Shown here: piece after piece, positions 49,501 to 60,786 of the stretch | Numbering within the stretch: position 1 is the stretch's first letter | Layout of the letters: each line of letters starts with the position of its first letter | NCBI GenBank assembly: GCA_965248255.1 | Contig: CBDFIW010000003.1 | Location: 545,239 to 609,238 of the forward strand | Direction of reading: 5' to 3' | DNA: 64,000 nucleotides | Origin: Bryobacterales bacterium | GTDB lineage: Bacteria > Acidobacteriota > Terriglobia > Bryobacterales > UBA6623 | Position numbers and translations under genes: made by a program | The notes under the pieces: model-generated | Told to the model about the DNA's origin: nothing | What the model saw: the letters and a program-made list of their open reading frames with translations, nothing else | Databases searched by the model: none

Positions 49501-51132
49501 GTTGGTCGACATGACAAGCTCTTCGCGGATGGGATCGATGGCCGGATTAGTGACCTGCGCGAATAGCTGCTTGAAGTAGCTGAAAAGAAGCTGCGGCCGG
49601 TCTGAGAGGCAGGCCAGCGGAATGTCCACGCCCATCGAGCCTAGGGGCTCCTGGCCCTTCTCACACATCGGCCCGATTAGCAAGCGCTCGTCTTCGAGCG
49701 TGTAGCCGAAGGTGCGTTGCCGCTGTAGCAAAGTGTTGGAGTCGGCGCCTTGAACCGCCCTGGGCTCGGGCAAGCAGTCGATGTGAATCAGATTCTCGTC
49801 GAGCCACTTTCGATAGGGGCGGCGTGTCGAGATCGTCTCCTTGATTTCCTCGTCCTCGACGATGCGCCCTTGCTCGGTATCCACCAGGAACATGCGCCCC
49901 GGCTGCAGACGGCCCTTGTAGCGCACCCGCTCCGGCTCGATCGGCAGTACGCCGGACTCTGACGCCATCACGACCAAGTCGTCGTGCGTCACCCAGTAGC
50001 GGTTGGGACGCAGGCCGTTGCGGTCGAGCACGCCGCCAACGTAGCGTCCGTCGGTGAAGACCACCGAGGCCGGGCCGTCCCACGGCTCCATCAGGGTCTC
50101 GTGGAACTCATAGAAGGCCTTTTTGTAGTCCTCCATGTGAGGATGCGAGCTCCACGCCTCGGGGATGAGCATCATCATCGAGTGCGGGGTCACGCGTCCA
50201 GCTTGGATCAGCATCTCTAGGGCGTTGTCAATCATCGTCGAGTCGCTGCCGTTCTCATCGATGACGGGCAGGATCTTCTTGATGTCGTCGCCGAACAGCG
50301 GCGACGTCAATGTCGACTCGCGCGAGCGCATCCAGTTGATGTTGCCGCGCAGCGTGTTGATCTCACCGTTGTGTGCCAGGTAGCGAAACGGCTGCGCGCG
50401 CTCCCAAGTGGGGAACGTGTTGGTCGAGAAGCGTTGGTGGATAAGCGCGATTGCTGATTGGAACTGCGGGTTGCTGAAGTCCTGGTAGAAGTTGGGAATT
50501 TGGGGCGCGATCAGCAGGCCCTTGTAGCAGATCGTCTTCGCCGACAGGCTACATGGGTAGTAGCGTTGCAGGTCGTGTTTTTGTGCCTCGGACTCGGTGC
50601 GCTTGCGAATCGTGTAGAGCTTGCGGTCGAACGCGTCGAGGTTGAGGCTTTCAAAACCCGCGCCCTTGCCGATGAAGACCTGCTCGATCTGAGGCTCGGA
50701 CTCGCGAGCCAGCCAGCCGATGGCGTCTCCGTCCGCGGGGACTTCTCGCCAGCCCAGGACCCGTTGGCCCTCCTCCTGGACCACTCGCTCAATCATGCGG
50801 CGCACGGCGCCCCGGTCTTCGGGCTTCTTCGAGAGGAAGAGCATCCCGACGCCGTACTCGCCTCGCCGGGGCAGATCGAAGCCTAGCGACTCGGCCTCGG
50901 CCGCGAAGAACTCGTGCGGCATCTGGATCAACAATCCGGCACCGTCGCCGGTTTCCGGGTCGCAGCCACAGGCACCGCGGTGGGTCAGGTTGACGAGCAC
51001 TTCGAGACCCTGTTCGATGATCTGGTGCGACGCCCGGCCCTTGATGTCGGCAACAAAGCCGATCCCACAGGCGTCATGCTCGTGCCGAGGGTCGTACAGC
51101 CCTTGTCGCGCAGGTAGTCCGCAAGAATTCAT
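46540..51132 (-). CDS. gltB: Glutamate synthase large subunit
   Basis: [42 protein letters not shown] and GXGXXG repeats. Confidence 0.98.
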   Translation of the reverse strand: MNSCGLPARQGLYDPRHEHDACGIGFVADIKGRASHQIIEQGLEVLVNLTHRGACGCDPETGDGAGLLIQMPHEFFAAEAESLGFDLPRRGEYGVGMLFLSKKPEDRGAVRRMIERVVQEEGQRVLGWREVPADGDAIGWLARESEPQIEQVFIGKGAGFESLNLDAFDRKLYTIRKRTESEAQKHDLQRYYPCSLSAKTICYKGLLIAPQIPNFYQDFSNPQFQSAIALIHQRFSTNTFPTWERAQPFRYLAHNGEINTLRGNINWMRSRESTLTSPLFGDDIKKILPVIDENGSDSTMIDNALEMLIQAGRVTPHSMMMLIPEAWSSHPHMEDYKKAFYEFHETLMEPWDGPASVVFTDGRYVGGVLDRNGLRPNRYWVTHDDLVVMASESGVLPIEPERVRYKGRLQPGRMFLVDTEQGRIVEDEEIKETISTRRPYRKWLDENLIHIDCLPEPRAVQGADSNTLLQRQRTFGYTLEDERLLIGPMCEKGQEPLGSMGVDIPLACLSDRPQLLFSYFKQLFAQVTNPAIDPIREELVMSTNVHVGAEGNLLDESPEHAHALKLPLPILTDHELEKLRGVGEPGSAEYGNGEGALDGHGGRIRFGAKTLDTLFPARDGAEGLQNALDRLCEQAEEASRLGYSVLILSDRGVDREMAPIPSLLALAAVHHHLIRATTRGRVGIIVESGEPREVMHFCLLIGYGATAVNPYLAFETIGDMESRSLLSSSLSRAEASENYVAAIRKGVLKVMSKMGISTVKSYHGAQIFEAVGLSRSIVDRYFAGTASQIEGVGLDVLAQESLRRHDFAYQDVTGAVTRLDVGGEYQFRLRGEQHLLNPETVSKLQHAVRRQSFKTFGEFTSTINDMSKTLCTLRGLFEFKKAEKPVPLDEVEPAKEIVKRFCTGAMSFGSISREAHETLAIAMNRIGGRSNTGEGGEDPARFKKDPNGDWRRSAIKQVASARFGVTAEYLVNADELQIKIAQGAKPGEGGQLPGHKVDETIARLRHSTPGVGLISPPPHHDIYSIEDLAQLIFDLKNSNTRANVSVKLVSEVGVGTVAAGVSKAHADLVLISGHDGGTGASPMSSIRHAGTPWELGLSETQQVLVMNDLRSRIRVQVDGKLMTGRDVVIGALLGAEEFGFSTMPLVSMGCIMMRKCHLNTCPVGIATQDPELRRKFEGKPENVISFFFFIAEEVRQIMADLGFRKLEEMIGRVDKLDVKKAVDHWKAKGLDFSRVFFDPPVDKSVPRHCTRKQEHGIEQQLDNNLIEWSQDALEHKKPVEFKMPIRNINRTVGTMLSAEIARKYGKHGLPEDTIKIHFTGSAGQSFAAWASTGMTLTIEGDANDYFGKGLSGGRLIAFPQKGSNFVFEENIIIGNVTFYGATDGEAFINGMAGERCCIRNSGATVVVEGVGDHGCEYMTNGRVVILGSAGRNFGAGMSGGFAYVLDEVGDFSEKACNHSMVDLDPLDDPEDIAFVKDLIERHVDYTKSPKGQWVLENWESMLPKFIKVFPKELKRALADRYEAERSLVSA

Positions 51133-51644
51133 CAGATGTCGATCGTACTCCCGCCGCAGCCGAGATTCCTGGTGTAACTACACTTGCATGCTCGGCAGAT
51201 TTCCGAACACGCCCGTCGTGTAGCCGAGACAGGCCTTCCCCAAGAGGAGCCCACACAGAATAACACCTATGACACTATGAATGCAACAGAAGATGTATCG
51301 GCTATATTATAAGAACTACTAATTTTAATCTGACCTCCTAACCTACCCTAAGTCATTGTAAATCAATAATGTACATCGCCAGGACGTTGTATCCACTTGA
51401 ATTCTATTCTGTATCGACCTCTGGAGGACAATCTCCAAGCTTGCTGGGAACTCAAGCCTGCAGGCGACCTAAGGAGCGACCCGCGATCCTTTTTGGCCCT
51501 CACCGGCCTGCAGGGCAGTCGATACCAAACGGGTCTCTGCCCCTTCTGCCATGCCCGCCCGCTGCGCGATCTGTGCATAATGTGTAGTCTCGACATCACG
51601 TGCTTGATGGCGATCCCGGAGCCAGAGACAGGAGCAGTAGCGTC

Positions 51645-52646
51645 ATGAAGCTGGTCATTCATCCCCCCGTGGAAGCCGAGCGCTTGGGCAAGATCACTCA
51701 GGCGGCCGGCGAAATGGCGATCGCCAACGCCCACAGCCCGGAGGAGGCCCTAACGGAGATCACCGACGCCGATGGGTTCTTCGGCAAGATGACGCCCGAG
51801 CTGTTGGCCGCGTCGACGAAGCTTCGTTGGGTGCAGTCACCGACCGCCAGCCTGGAGCACTACGTCTTCCCGGAACTGATCGAGCACCCCTGCCAGATCA
51901 CCAACATGCGGGGCCTGTTCTCCGACAACATCGCCGACCAGGTCTTCGGCTACATCATTTGTTTCGCACGGAATCTGCACCGCTACATACGCTTCCAGAT
52001 GGAGCCGCGGTGGGAACCGATCGGCGGCGAAACCGAGCGGGCGGGTTTCACGACCGGACCGGGCGTGATCAACGCGATCGACCGCGCTCACATGAACCTG
52101 GGCGATGCGACCTTGGGTGTGGTGGGCTTGGGGGCGATTGGCGCCGAGATTGCCCGCCGAGGGCTGGCCTTCCACATGCGAGTGCTGGCTGTCGATCCGA
52201 TCCAGACGCAAGCGCCCGAGGGGGTCGAGGCGCTATGGAAGCCCGACCGCTTGTCCGACTTGCTCGCCGAGAGCGACTTCGTGGTGATCGCAGCGCCACA
52301 CACACCCGAAACCGAGAAACTGTTCCGGCGGGCACAGTTCCAACAGATGAAACCCACGGGCTATCTGGTCAACATCGGCCGTGGTGCGATTGTGGTCTTG
52401 GATGATCTCGTCGCGGCGCTCGAAGCCGACGAGATCGCCGGCGCAGCGTTGGATGTATTCGAGGTCGAGCCTCTGCCGGCGGACCATCCGCTATGGAAGA
52501 TGGAGAATGTCATCCTCACGCCCCATATCGCCGGCTATTCACCGCGCATCTCGGAGCGTCACTTGGCCGTGTTGATCGAGAATGTGGGCCGTTTCGCGCG
52601 AGGCGAGTCGCTGCGGAACGTCACTGACAAAGCCAGGTGGTTTTGA
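51645..52646 (+). CDS. D-2-hydroxyacid dehydrogenase family protein
   Basis: GVVGLGAIG, VNIGRG, GAALDVFEVEPLP and ILTPHIAG. Confidence 0.92.
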   Translation: MKLVIHPPVEAERLGKITQAAGEMAIANAHSPEEALTEITDADGFFGKMTPELLAASTKLRWVQSPTASLEHYVFPELIEHPCQITNMRGLFSDNIADQVFGYIICFARNLHRYIRFQMEPRWEPIGGETERAGFTTGPGVINAIDRAHMNLGDATLGVVGLGAIGAEIARRGLAFHMRVLAVDPIQTQAPEGVEALWKPDRLSDLLAESDFVVIAAPHTPETEKLFRRAQFQQMKPTGYLVNIGRGAIVVLDDLVAALEADEIAGAALDVFEVEPLPADHPLWKMENVILTPHIAGYSPRISERHLAVLIENVGRFARGESLRNVTDKARWF

Positions 52647-52734
52647 GCGAGGGTGGTGCGTTTGGCGAGGGTAGCCTAACCTCTTCTCGGCCCGTTGGCC
52701 GATTCGCCTGCGCGCAGCCCCGTGGGTTTCGTGG

Positions 52735-54057
52735 CTAGTTGAAGATCAGTTCGACGTCCACCGTCTTCTCGACCTCGCTGATTTGCACCTTCGAGTTGGT
52801 CTTGGCGAAATTGTCGAACATCTGCTCGGCGCGGATGCGTTCGATGAAGAACGTCGGGTAGGTGGCGTTGAATGGGTCGCCCACTTTGAGGCCCCAACGC
52901 TTCTTGACCGCCGCCTCCCCAATCAGGTTGAGGCCGCTGATCTTCAAACTCTTGAACGTATACTGCGACCCCGGGCTCACTCGCAGGGCGATGTCGATCG
53001 TCTTCGCTTCGGGGTCACGGTTTTCATCGAAGCTTGTCTGGACCTTGAGAAACCCCTTGCGCTTCAACCTGTCTTCGATACGATCCAACGTCTCCTGCAC
53101 TTGACCCATCTCAGCGCGCCGGCCGGAGGTGAACTGCATCAGCCGGCCTAGCTCGTCCGGGTCGATCCCGGTGGCCAAGGGCATCTCGACATCTCCGAAC
53201 TTGTACTCGGCGCCCTCCTCGACGGGAATGGTGACGATCAGGCCTTCGGTGTCAGGGTCGGGCTCCGCGCGGCAGGGGCAGAACTTCGCCTCCAGACGCC
53301 CGATGGCGGCGTACTTCGGGAAGAGATTGAACTTGAGAAGCTCCGACAACCGGCGCTCGGAGTAGGGCTCGCCGATGGCGACCTGGTTGAAGTCCCGCTG
53401 CAGGTCAAGAACCGAAATGGCATCGGCGTTCTCGAACTTGGCGAAAGCGATAGTTCGAATCGTTTCCAGCGGTTGGAACAACATTTCGAACTCATCTTCC
53501 GACCCGAGGTTGATGTCACCGACGATCTTGGTCTCGTTGCCTTGCTCGCGCCACAGGGCCTGCAGAGTATTCCCAATGCGCCGTACCATCGGCCCCGTCG
53601 GCGGGACTTTGGACCCGAATAGCGGAACCTTTTCCCGCAGGGTGTCGAGGAGCTCGTCCTCGGGAACGCCGAACCCTTCGAAGCGCACCGGGTACAGCTC
53701 GACGACTTCCGCGACGGTGTAGGTGACAACATACCCGTCGTCTTTGGGTCCCCAACGGAACTCCCATGAATCGAAAACGCCGGTCTGCTCGAGTCTGCGG
53801 CCACCGCGCTCGAAGTCGTACGGACGGGCGGGCTTGCCCATCTCCAGCCCCGTCACGGCAATAATCTCGTCGGTCGGGAAGTTCTCATTGCCGACGACAC
53901 GAATCTCGCGCAGGGGGAACGGCTCGTTGTTCTTGGTCTGATTAAGGGATGGTTTCTCGACCGTGGCGATCGGTTTCGTGCCGGCGCGTTTGCGCTTGGT
54001 CGTCTGAGCGTCTGCAACGCCGGCGATCAGAAGGAGGGTGAGGAAAACCGCTATCAT
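52735..54057 (-). CDS. Secreted POTRA-repeat protein without an Omp85 barrel
   Basis: Signal peptide MIAVFLTLLLIAGVADA; POTRA-like units (LREIRVVGN, VRFEGF, FAKFENA, FGDVEM, FKSLKISG); ends at VDVELIFN. Confidence 0.75.
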   Translation of the reverse strand: MIAVFLTLLLIAGVADAQTTKRKRAGTKPIATVEKPSLNQTKNNEPFPLREIRVVGNENFPTDEIIAVTGLEMGKPARPYDFERGGRRLEQTGVFDSWEFRWGPKDDGYVVTYTVAEVVELYPVRFEGFGVPEDELLDTLREKVPLFGSKVPPTGPMVRRIGNTLQALWREQGNETKIVGDINLGSEDEFEMLFQPLETIRTIAFAKFENADAISVLDLQRDFNQVAIGEPYSERRLSELLKFNLFPKYAAIGRLEAKFCPCRAEPDPDTEGLIVTIPVEEGAEYKFGDVEMPLATGIDPDELGRLMQFTSGRRAEMGQVQETLDRIEDRLKRKGFLKVQTSFDENRDPEAKTIDIALRVSPGSQYTFKSLKISGLNLIGEAAVKKRWGLKVGDPFNATYPTFFIERIRAEQMFDNFAKTNSKVQISEVEKTVDVELIFN

Positions 54058-55025
54058 TACCTTGCGCCCATCCAGTATGGCAAAACCAATGCCTTTCTTA
54101 GTGGACGCCGGGGTGCTAGACAGGGTTGCGTCGAGGCATTCGCGAGGTATAGGAAACACAGATGGATGCTGTCTTGAAGCAAATCGGCTCGCACATTGGC
54201 CGGGTCGTCTCGGATCTGGAGTTGACCGACGACCTACGCCAACAAGTGGCGAGATCGGTCCCCCCGAGTGACGAGGGCTGGAGGCTTTTCTACCAGTCTT
54301 TGTCGTGCCACCCGGCGGACCCGGGCACGTTCTATCTTGCAGCGGACCGGCTCGGCGATCCGGAGCCACATAAGCTATTGGTGTTCTCGGCACCTTCAGG
54401 GGAAGCTTCCGAAGAAGATGTCATTTGCGAGGTTCGTCCCTTTGCGGCAACCGATCGCAAAGCGGTGTGGGATTTCGCCTCGACGATCAACCCATCGTTC
54501 CTGCCTCGGCCGCAGAGAGAACAACCGGCGGTGGCCGTCGGGAATCGGCATCCCGAGGTTTCCCTGCCCGCCGCGTTCGACGCCTTTGGCCGCATCCTGA
54601 GTGACACCGGCGTCAACATGGCAAGCACCGTGCAGCTCTCCGCTACCCGCGAGATGACCGTCGACGAAGGCATCGCTCGACGCGATGGCGAGGATCCCAC
54701 CGCGATCGGACGCGCGCGCGTTTCGATCGAGCACCTTTACCACGTGGGTCTCTGGGCCGCGATTCGAGCGGGGTGGCGCCACGGTTATACAGCCGAGGCC
54801 GACCACTTCATCATTAGCGGCTCCACGCCGGACGAGATCGCGGCTTCGACCGAGGCCACCAAAGAAGCAATACGCCGTGCATCCGGCTATACGAAGTTCA
54901 CCACCGACACATCACGGCTCTTCCGGCTCGAAGCCGACACACGCCATCCCAATGCCTGGAGTGACCAGCAGGTTGAAGCCGAGTTCGCGCAAACCCTCTC
55001 GGAGGATGAGCGGAGCTGGGTGCTA

Positions 55026-56189
55026 GTGTAGTGCGTCAAGCAGATTGCACCTTATGCAGGGCGGCACGTCCGCGCTTGACTTTCTCGAGGATGTCGGAGG
55101 CGGTCGCGGTCCAGATGAAGGGCGTGGGATGCCCGTTGTGCTGGGCGATGTAGTCGTCAATGGCGGCGACGAGCTCGTCCACGCTGCGAAACACGCCGCG
55201 GCGCAGGCGCTTGACGGTGAGATCGCGAAAGAATCGCTCGACCATGTTCAGCCACGACGCCGAGGTCGGGGTGAAATGAATGTGGAAGCGCGGGTGACGA
55301 TCGAGCCAACGCTTCACAGCGGCATGCTTGTGGGTGGCATAGTTGTCCACGATGAGATGAAGCTGTTTGTCCTTGGGGGTGCGGCGGTCAATTAAGCGCA
55401 GGAAGCGCAGCCATTCCTGGTGGCTGTGTCGGGGCATGCACTCGGCGATCACGCTGCCGTCAAGGCTGTTGAGCGCCGCAAACAGGGTGGTCGTGCCGTT
55501 GCGCTTGTAATCGTGGGTCATCGTTTGGCCGCGTCCCTTTTTGAGCGGCAGGCCGGGCTGGGTGCGATCGAGGGCTTGGATTTGGGACTTCTCATCGAGC
55601 GAGAGAACCAGAGCATGCTCAGGCGGATTGAGATAGAGTCCGACGATGTCGTCGAGTTTCTCGGCGAAACGCGGGTCATTGCTGAGCTTGAGGGTCTTGA
55701 CGCGGTGGGGCTTGAGGCCATGGGCGCGCCAAATCCGTCCCACGGTGGAAGCGCTGACGCCGGCCGCGGCGGCCATGGTGCGGCGGCTCCAGTGGGTGGC
55801 GTTGGACGGTTTCTCGCGGGTGGTCTTGTGGATGATCTGCTGTACTTTCTGCTTCGAGACGGCAGGTTTACGACCGGGCCGTGGGGCGTCTTTTGCAATG
55901 CCGGCGATGCTGCTTTCGAGAAAGCGCGTGCGCCAGCGGGCCACCAACTGCCGCGAGACACCGAGCTGTGCGGCGATCTGCTTATTCTCGAGACCGTCGG
56001 CGGCCAGCAGGACAATCCTGGCTCGCAGGGCGAGACGAACGGCGACTTGGCGGCCGCGCGCGTAGCGGTCCAACTGCTTGCATTGCGCTGTGTTCAAAGT
56101 TACTGGTTGTGCTCTTCGCATCCCATGCCTCCTGTTAATAGAGACGATGGGAAGCCAATATAAGTTACATTATTTATGGTGCACTACAC
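55026..56189 (-). mobile_element. Second, different IS630-family element (1164 bp)
   Basis: TA at 55024-25 and 56190-91; terminal IR GTGTAGTGC / GCACTACAC; target GCTAGC. Confidence 0.92.
55036..56121 (-). CDS. IS630 transposase (intact, 361 aa)
   Basis: [39 protein letters not shown] and [16 protein letters not shown]. Confidence 0.97.
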   Translation of the reverse strand: MRRAQPVTLNTAQCKQLDRYARGRQVAVRLALRARIVLLAADGLENKQIAAQLGVSRQLVARWRTRFLESSIAGIAKDAPRPGRKPAVSKQKVQQIIHKTTREKPSNATHWSRRTMAAAAGVSASTVGRIWRAHGLKPHRVKTLKLSNDPRFAEKLDDIVGLYLNPPEHALVLSLDEKSQIQALDRTQPGLPLKKGRGQTMTHDYKRNGTTTLFAALNSLDGSVIAECMPRHSHQEWLRFLRLIDRRTPKDKQLHLIVDNYATHKHAAVKRWLDRHPRFHIHFTPTSASWLNMVERFFRDLTVKRLRRGVFRSVDELVAAIDDYIAQHNGHPTPFIWTATASDILEKVKRGRAALHKVQSA

Positions 56190-57130
56190 TAGCAGAGTTC
56201 GAGAGCCCAGCCGCCCTGGACGGCTACGACTACCTATTCTCGCCCGCGGAAGTGCGCCGGCTCGCCGTCAAGTTCGCCGAGAGCCTGAAGCTCAACGAAG
56301 AACTCTATGACTTCATTCGCGAACAGAGGCAAGGCGGCGACTTCGACTTCGAACCTTCGATCGACGAAGCCGAGACGCTGACCACCCCCAAGGAGCTGCT
56401 CTTCTACATGCACTGGCTGGCGGCCCGTGGGCGGCCGGCGAGCTTGTGCCACCGAACCTGGGCTTCAAGAAGCGGCAGGCGTACCCTGAGGCGCAGAGTG
56501 CACTGGAAGAGTATGCCGCCCGCAAGATGTGGCCCGAGTTGGCGCCCCGGACGGCGCAAGAGTTCAACGGCGAACCAGTGGATGAGTTGGAGAACCGTGT
56601 CGCGGAGTTGGCGGCGGTGGCACGTCACTTCAACGGTACGCTCAGCATCCACTCCGGCAGCGGCAAGCAGGCGCGGGTGCTGTCGATGATCGGACGGGCT
56701 ACGCGCGGGCGGGTCAACTACAAGATCTCCGGTGAGCTGCAACTGCAATTGCTGGACGTGTTGTCGCAACAGCCCGCGGGCAGTCCGTGGCGGTCGCTTT
56801 TTGAGCGGATGGTGGATCGCTGCTACCAGTTCGCCGCGCAAGGCGCCTTCGGCACGGAGAGCGCGTTGGCAGCTACCTACCGCGAGCGCGGACTCGGCTA
56901 TTACCTGGGTAACGCTTCCCGGGGGCGCGTGGACGGCAATCTGTTCCTCGTCTTCTGGATCGGGAACCTCGTCGGCACGCGTGACCGCAACTCTCCCGAC
57001 GGCGACCAGCGCTTCTTCAAAGAGAAGATCGACGAGCTTCCGACCGACCTGCTCGACGAAGTGCGACGCCGCAACAGCGACTACATCGTTTGGCTGGCCG
57101 GACACCTCAAGGCCTGAGCGGAACTCCTTC

Positions 57131-58474
57131 ATGAGCGCACCAACTCGTCGCAGCTTTCTCACCTCTACGGCGGCAACTGGCGTTGCTAGCGCCCAAACCT
57201 CACCATCTCCGCGCGCAGGCGGGACGACCTCCCCGGAGCTGAGCGGTCAGAACCTCAAGAAGCTCCGGGATCACTACCGCCACGAACTGTTCAACATCCA
57301 GCTACCTTTGTGGGACAAGCACGGTATCGACCACGAGCGCGGCGGGTTCATGACCGCGTTCGACTACGACGGCACGCAGCTCAACGACGACAAATACCAC
57401 TGGTATCAAGGCCGCGGCGTCTGGGTTTATAGCTACCTCTACAACCACCTGGGCCGTGACCCCCGCCACCTTGAGATCGCCCGCAAGACGAAAGAGTTTT
57501 GGCTACAAAATGCGCGCCAGGACGACGGTTGGTACGCGGTCAACCTCTCGCGCGAGGGCAACATCCTCACGCCGTTCAACGACGACGTCTACGGTATGTA
57601 CTTCCTGGCCGAGGGCCTGCAGGAGTACGCCGCCGCGGCCGGCGACGGCGAAGCGCGCGACCTGGCGATCAGCCTCGTCAAGAAGCTCTTCCCCTACATC
57701 AACCGCCCCGATTTTGAGGACAAGTACGCGCCTCACCCCGGTGCGCGCATCCAGGGCAACTGGATGCTCAACCTGCAGACGTGCACGCAGATCCTGAACC
57801 GCGGCCACGACACCGAGATCGCGCGCATCGCCGACTTCTCGGTCGATGCGATTCTCCACAAGCACCACAACCCCGATATCGGCCTGACCAACGAATACCG
57901 CAACCACGACTTCAGCCCCATCGAGTCCGAGAAGAACAAGTCTCTGCTCGGCCACTGCTGCCAATGCTTGTGGATGGTGATGGATGAGGCTCTTCGCAGG
58001 AAGGACCAGGCGACGTTCGACCTGGCAGCGCGGCAGCTACGGCAGCACCTCGACATCGGCTGGGATCACGTCTACGGCGGGTTGCCGGAGTGGATCAACG
58101 TCGATGCGGGCTGCTATGAGTGGCCCCCAATGCAACTGCCAGGCAACCGTCCCGAACTGCGGCTCAAGGGCGAGTACTTCTACTACAAGAGCATGTGGGC
58201 CCAGCAGGAGGTGCTGGTCTCGACCTTGAAAGTGTTCGAGCACACCGGCGCCGCTTGGGCCGCCCGCTACTTCAGGTTGGCGCAGGATGTCGCCGACAAC
58301 AAGTACTCGCTACGCCGCTTCAGCTACCCCACCTACAGCCTGGGCGAAGACCGCCGATTCAGTTTCAAGCGCGGATACCGCGGCGCGCGCCAGGACAATT
58401 ACCATCCCCTGCGGCGATTGATGATGAACCTGTTGGCCTTGGAGCGGATGCTGGCTCGCGAAGAAACCGCCTAG
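57131..58474 (+). CDS. AGE-family epimerase/isomerase with Tat signal
   Basis: MSAPTRRSFLTS leader, DHERGGF, WYQGRGVW, LGHCCQCLW and QDNYHPLR. Confidence 0.85.
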   Translation: MSAPTRRSFLTSTAATGVASAQTSPSPRAGGTTSPELSGQNLKKLRDHYRHELFNIQLPLWDKHGIDHERGGFMTAFDYDGTQLNDDKYHWYQGRGVWVYSYLYNHLGRDPRHLEIARKTKEFWLQNARQDDGWYAVNLSREGNILTPFNDDVYGMYFLAEGLQEYAAAAGDGEARDLAISLVKKLFPYINRPDFEDKYAPHPGARIQGNWMLNLQTCTQILNRGHDTEIARIADFSVDAILHKHHNPDIGLTNEYRNHDFSPIESEKNKSLLGHCCQCLWMVMDEALRRKDQATFDLAARQLRQHLDIGWDHVYGGLPEWINVDAGCYEWPPMQLPGNRPELRLKGEYFYYKSMWAQQEVLVSTLKVFEHTGAAWAARYFRLAQDVADNKYSLRRFSYPTYSLGEDRRFSFKRGYRGARQDNYHPLRRLMMNLLALERMLAREETA

Positions 58475-58522
58475 CGGCCACGCCGGACCTGATGTGGCGT
58501 AAGCCCACCGGCCTGCCCTTCC

Positions 58523-60019
58523 CTACTCCACCTCCACTGCCCGCGTGTACTTATACTCAACTTCGCCATCCACAGCGTGCAGCCGAAAGGCAATCGTACT
58601 CTCCCCACCTACCTTCTTCGCCTGCACCGACAGGAACCCACCCATCTCCCGGTGGAACTGATGGTAAACGGGATCATGTCCAGGCGAACCGCCTGCATGG
58701 ATGTCGCTTATTGGGCCGGACGAGAACTCATGCATGCCCGACTTCGGATGAATCGAGTGGTACTGCCAATGGCGATCGCCGCAGGTCCCGAAGTAGTTGT
58801 CCGCCAGGTTCTCTTTGATGAAGTTGCGGAACTCGTCGCCCTCGTGTGTGAAATCGACGTTCGAGTGATTGTCGTGCTTGTTGCTGCGGTCGGGCCCGAC
58901 GATCGGCGTCGGACTGATGAGCACCTTCCAATCGGCATCGCTGGCAAGCAACGTCGCCTTCAACCACTTCTTCTGCTCGGCTCCCCAGATCGTCTTCTCC
59001 GGGCCGTCTTCCATCGTGTTGGGAGAACGGAAGTCGCGCCCCTCGACAACCCAGACCTGCAAGCCTTTGCCCCAACGGAACGTGCGGTAGGGCTTCTCGC
59101 TCATGGGCACCTGCTCGTTGTAGACCTTCAGGCCCTCCTCGAAGGTGAACGGGCTCATGAAATCGCGCATTAATCCCGGCCAGCCATCGTTGAGGTGCGA
59201 GTCGTGATCATCCTTCTCGAAGTAGGTGGGCACCTTGAGATGGAACTCGATCAGCTTGGGGAAGCTGTACATGCGGTTCCAGTGGTATCGCGCAATGTCG
59301 ATCGTGGCGGCGGGCGGGTCGTCGCTGTCGTAGTAGACGGTGTCGCCGGTGGGCACGATGAACTTGGGGTTCAGTGCGGCCATCGAGTCGTAAGCCATGA
59401 AGCCGTCTGTGTGGTCTGAGTGCATGTACATCTGGCCCGTGATCACGGTAAAGGTCACATCGGCGTACTCGTCGGCCGGTGGCGCTGTTTCGAACCGTCC
59501 ACGGAGCGGCTGATGCAAGACAGAGCCGTCGAGGTTCGAAGTCTCGGCGGAGAAGTGGTACGTGGTGGCGGGTTGCAGGCCGCTGAGCACGAACTGATGC
59601 GTGAAGTCGTCCTCGGCCTTAACCTCGTGCCAAGGTGTCTCCTGGGTGCCGGCCGCGGCTTCGGGGAAGTTGTCGGACGCCCCCGCCTGCGTGCTGTAGC
59701 GCACACGAACACGCCCGGGCGCGCCCCGCGCTGAGCCTTCGAGGTCGGGGATGTTGGGGATCTCCGGAGGGACCTTTCTTTCGGAACGCTTGCGCCGCAA
59801 GATGCCGTCGTTGCGACGTTGAGCCTTCTCGGTAAGGCGCATGGCAACGATGGCTGACGCTTCGGTCACCTCGCCGACCTTCACGCCCGTCGCCTGTCGG
59901 CTTGCGTCAAGGACTTCGTAGGAGGGCCCGCACGACGCTACCAGAACCAGGCTGGTGAGCAGGGCAAGCAGGTAGTGAAGAACGCGAGGGGCCAGCCGCG
60001 TTCCGCTGTGCACTAGCAT
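58523..60019 (-). CDS. PhoD-like alkaline phosphatase/phosphodiesterase, lipoprotein
   Basis: Lipobox LVAS-C, TGDTVYYD, KDDHD, VEGRDFRS, WGAEQKKWL and GDRHW. Confidence 0.85.
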   Translation of the reverse strand: MLVHSGTRLAPRVLHYLLALLTSLVLVASCGPSYEVLDASRQATGVKVGEVTEASAIVAMRLTEKAQRRNDGILRRKRSERKVPPEIPNIPDLEGSARGAPGRVRVRYSTQAGASDNFPEAAAGTQETPWHEVKAEDDFTHQFVLSGLQPATTYHFSAETSNLDGSVLHQPLRGRFETAPPADEYADVTFTVITGQMYMHSDHTDGFMAYDSMAALNPKFIVPTGDTVYYDSDDPPAATIDIARYHWNRMYSFPKLIEFHLKVPTYFEKDDHDSHLNDGWPGLMRDFMSPFTFEEGLKVYNEQVPMSEKPYRTFRWGKGLQVWVVEGRDFRSPNTMEDGPEKTIWGAEQKKWLKATLLASDADWKVLISPTPIVGPDRSNKHDNHSNVDFTHEGDEFRNFIKENLADNYFGTCGDRHWQYHSIHPKSGMHEFSSGPISDIHAGGSPGHDPVYHQFHREMGGFLSVQAKKVGGESTIAFRLHAVDGEVEYKYTRAVEVE

Positions 60020-60245
60020 GGCGGGATTGTATCAGGAAGCTTCGCGGCCGAGCGCGCGAGGTGTGGCGCAGGCCTCCTGGCCGGCAGCGTCGACCTCCGG
60101 GTCGACGTCTCTACCAGCACAGCCGCTTCTCCAAGCAAGCAAGGAGACCCGCGCTGACGCCGGTCCTGCGCGCCATAGGTGCGCGTCACACCCATCACGC
60201 GCCCCAGCCGCGAAGCGGCGTTGGATGTTAGCACTGGCCGCAGGC

Positions 60246-60786
60246 CTAAGAACCCGTCCGATACGACAAGAGCACGACGCCGCTCTCGTAACGCTTCACG
60301 TCCAACAGCTCCAGGTCAACCGGGGAATCGATTCGAGCGAATAGGGGAATCCCTTCGCCGATGAGGAGCGGGTTTAGCTTTACGACCACTTCATCGATCA
60401 GGTGTGCCGCGAAAAGTGTGGCGGCCAAGTCCCCCCCCCCCCCCCCCCCCCCCCCCGCACAGATAGATGTTTCCACCGGGCCTGTTCTTGAGGTTGGCAA
60501 TGACACCCGAGGCATTTTCCGAAATCACGTGAACCCGGGGGTCGGGACTCTCTGCCATCGAGCGAGAGAACACATAACTTTCCATCGACGGATACGGATC
60601 CGTTTTTCCTTCGCGCAGGCCCACTTCGTACGTCTTCCGGCCCATCAAGACAGCGTCGAAATTCTTCAGCATTCCGAAGTAGTCTTCGACGTGATCGCCT
60701 TCCGTCGGAAAGCAGTCAAAGGACCCGTCGGGTCTACAAATGCGGCCGTCCAAGCTGGCAGCTACCAGGTATTGAACCTTTCTCAT
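60246..60786 (-). pseudogene. Dihydrofolate-reductase/RibD-C-terminal family gene, out of frame at a G26 tract
   Basis: YLVAASLDGRI, LMGRKTY and IYLC in one frame; DLAATLF..LIDEVVVKLNPLLIGEGIPLF in another. Confidence 0.85.
60431..60456 (+). repeat. C26 homopolymer (G26 on the coding strand)
   Basis: Counted directly; sits at the CGG motif of the DHFR-like gene. Confidence 0.9.

Larger units (their letters stand above)
54162..57117 (+). pseudogene. UxaE-like (tagaturonate epimerase family) gene interrupted by an IS630 element, with a further 1-bp frameshift near 56440
   Basis: GNRHP, YTAEADH, FDFEPSIDE, PNLGF, SIHSGSGK and YKISG. The halves join in frame across the TA (SWVL|AEFE). Confidence 0.75.

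Noticed and set aside
51306-51334. Full sigma70 promoter for gltB (minus-strand TATAAT at 51311-51306)
   Set aside because: The -10 is perfect, but there is no acceptable -35 or TG extension in an AT-rich stretch where chance matches are likely.
51363-51600. Decayed HigB-like toxin on the minus strand (LRSPAG...YRIEFKW..DVHY)
   Set aside because: Only two short motif resemblances, no good start and no adjacent HigA. Too weak without an HMM hit.
56732-57130. N-terminal 133 aa of the listed 580-aa ORF
   Set aside because: It is an alternate-frame overlap with the UxaE-like 3' end. The real start is the ATG at 57131, before the RRSFL leader.
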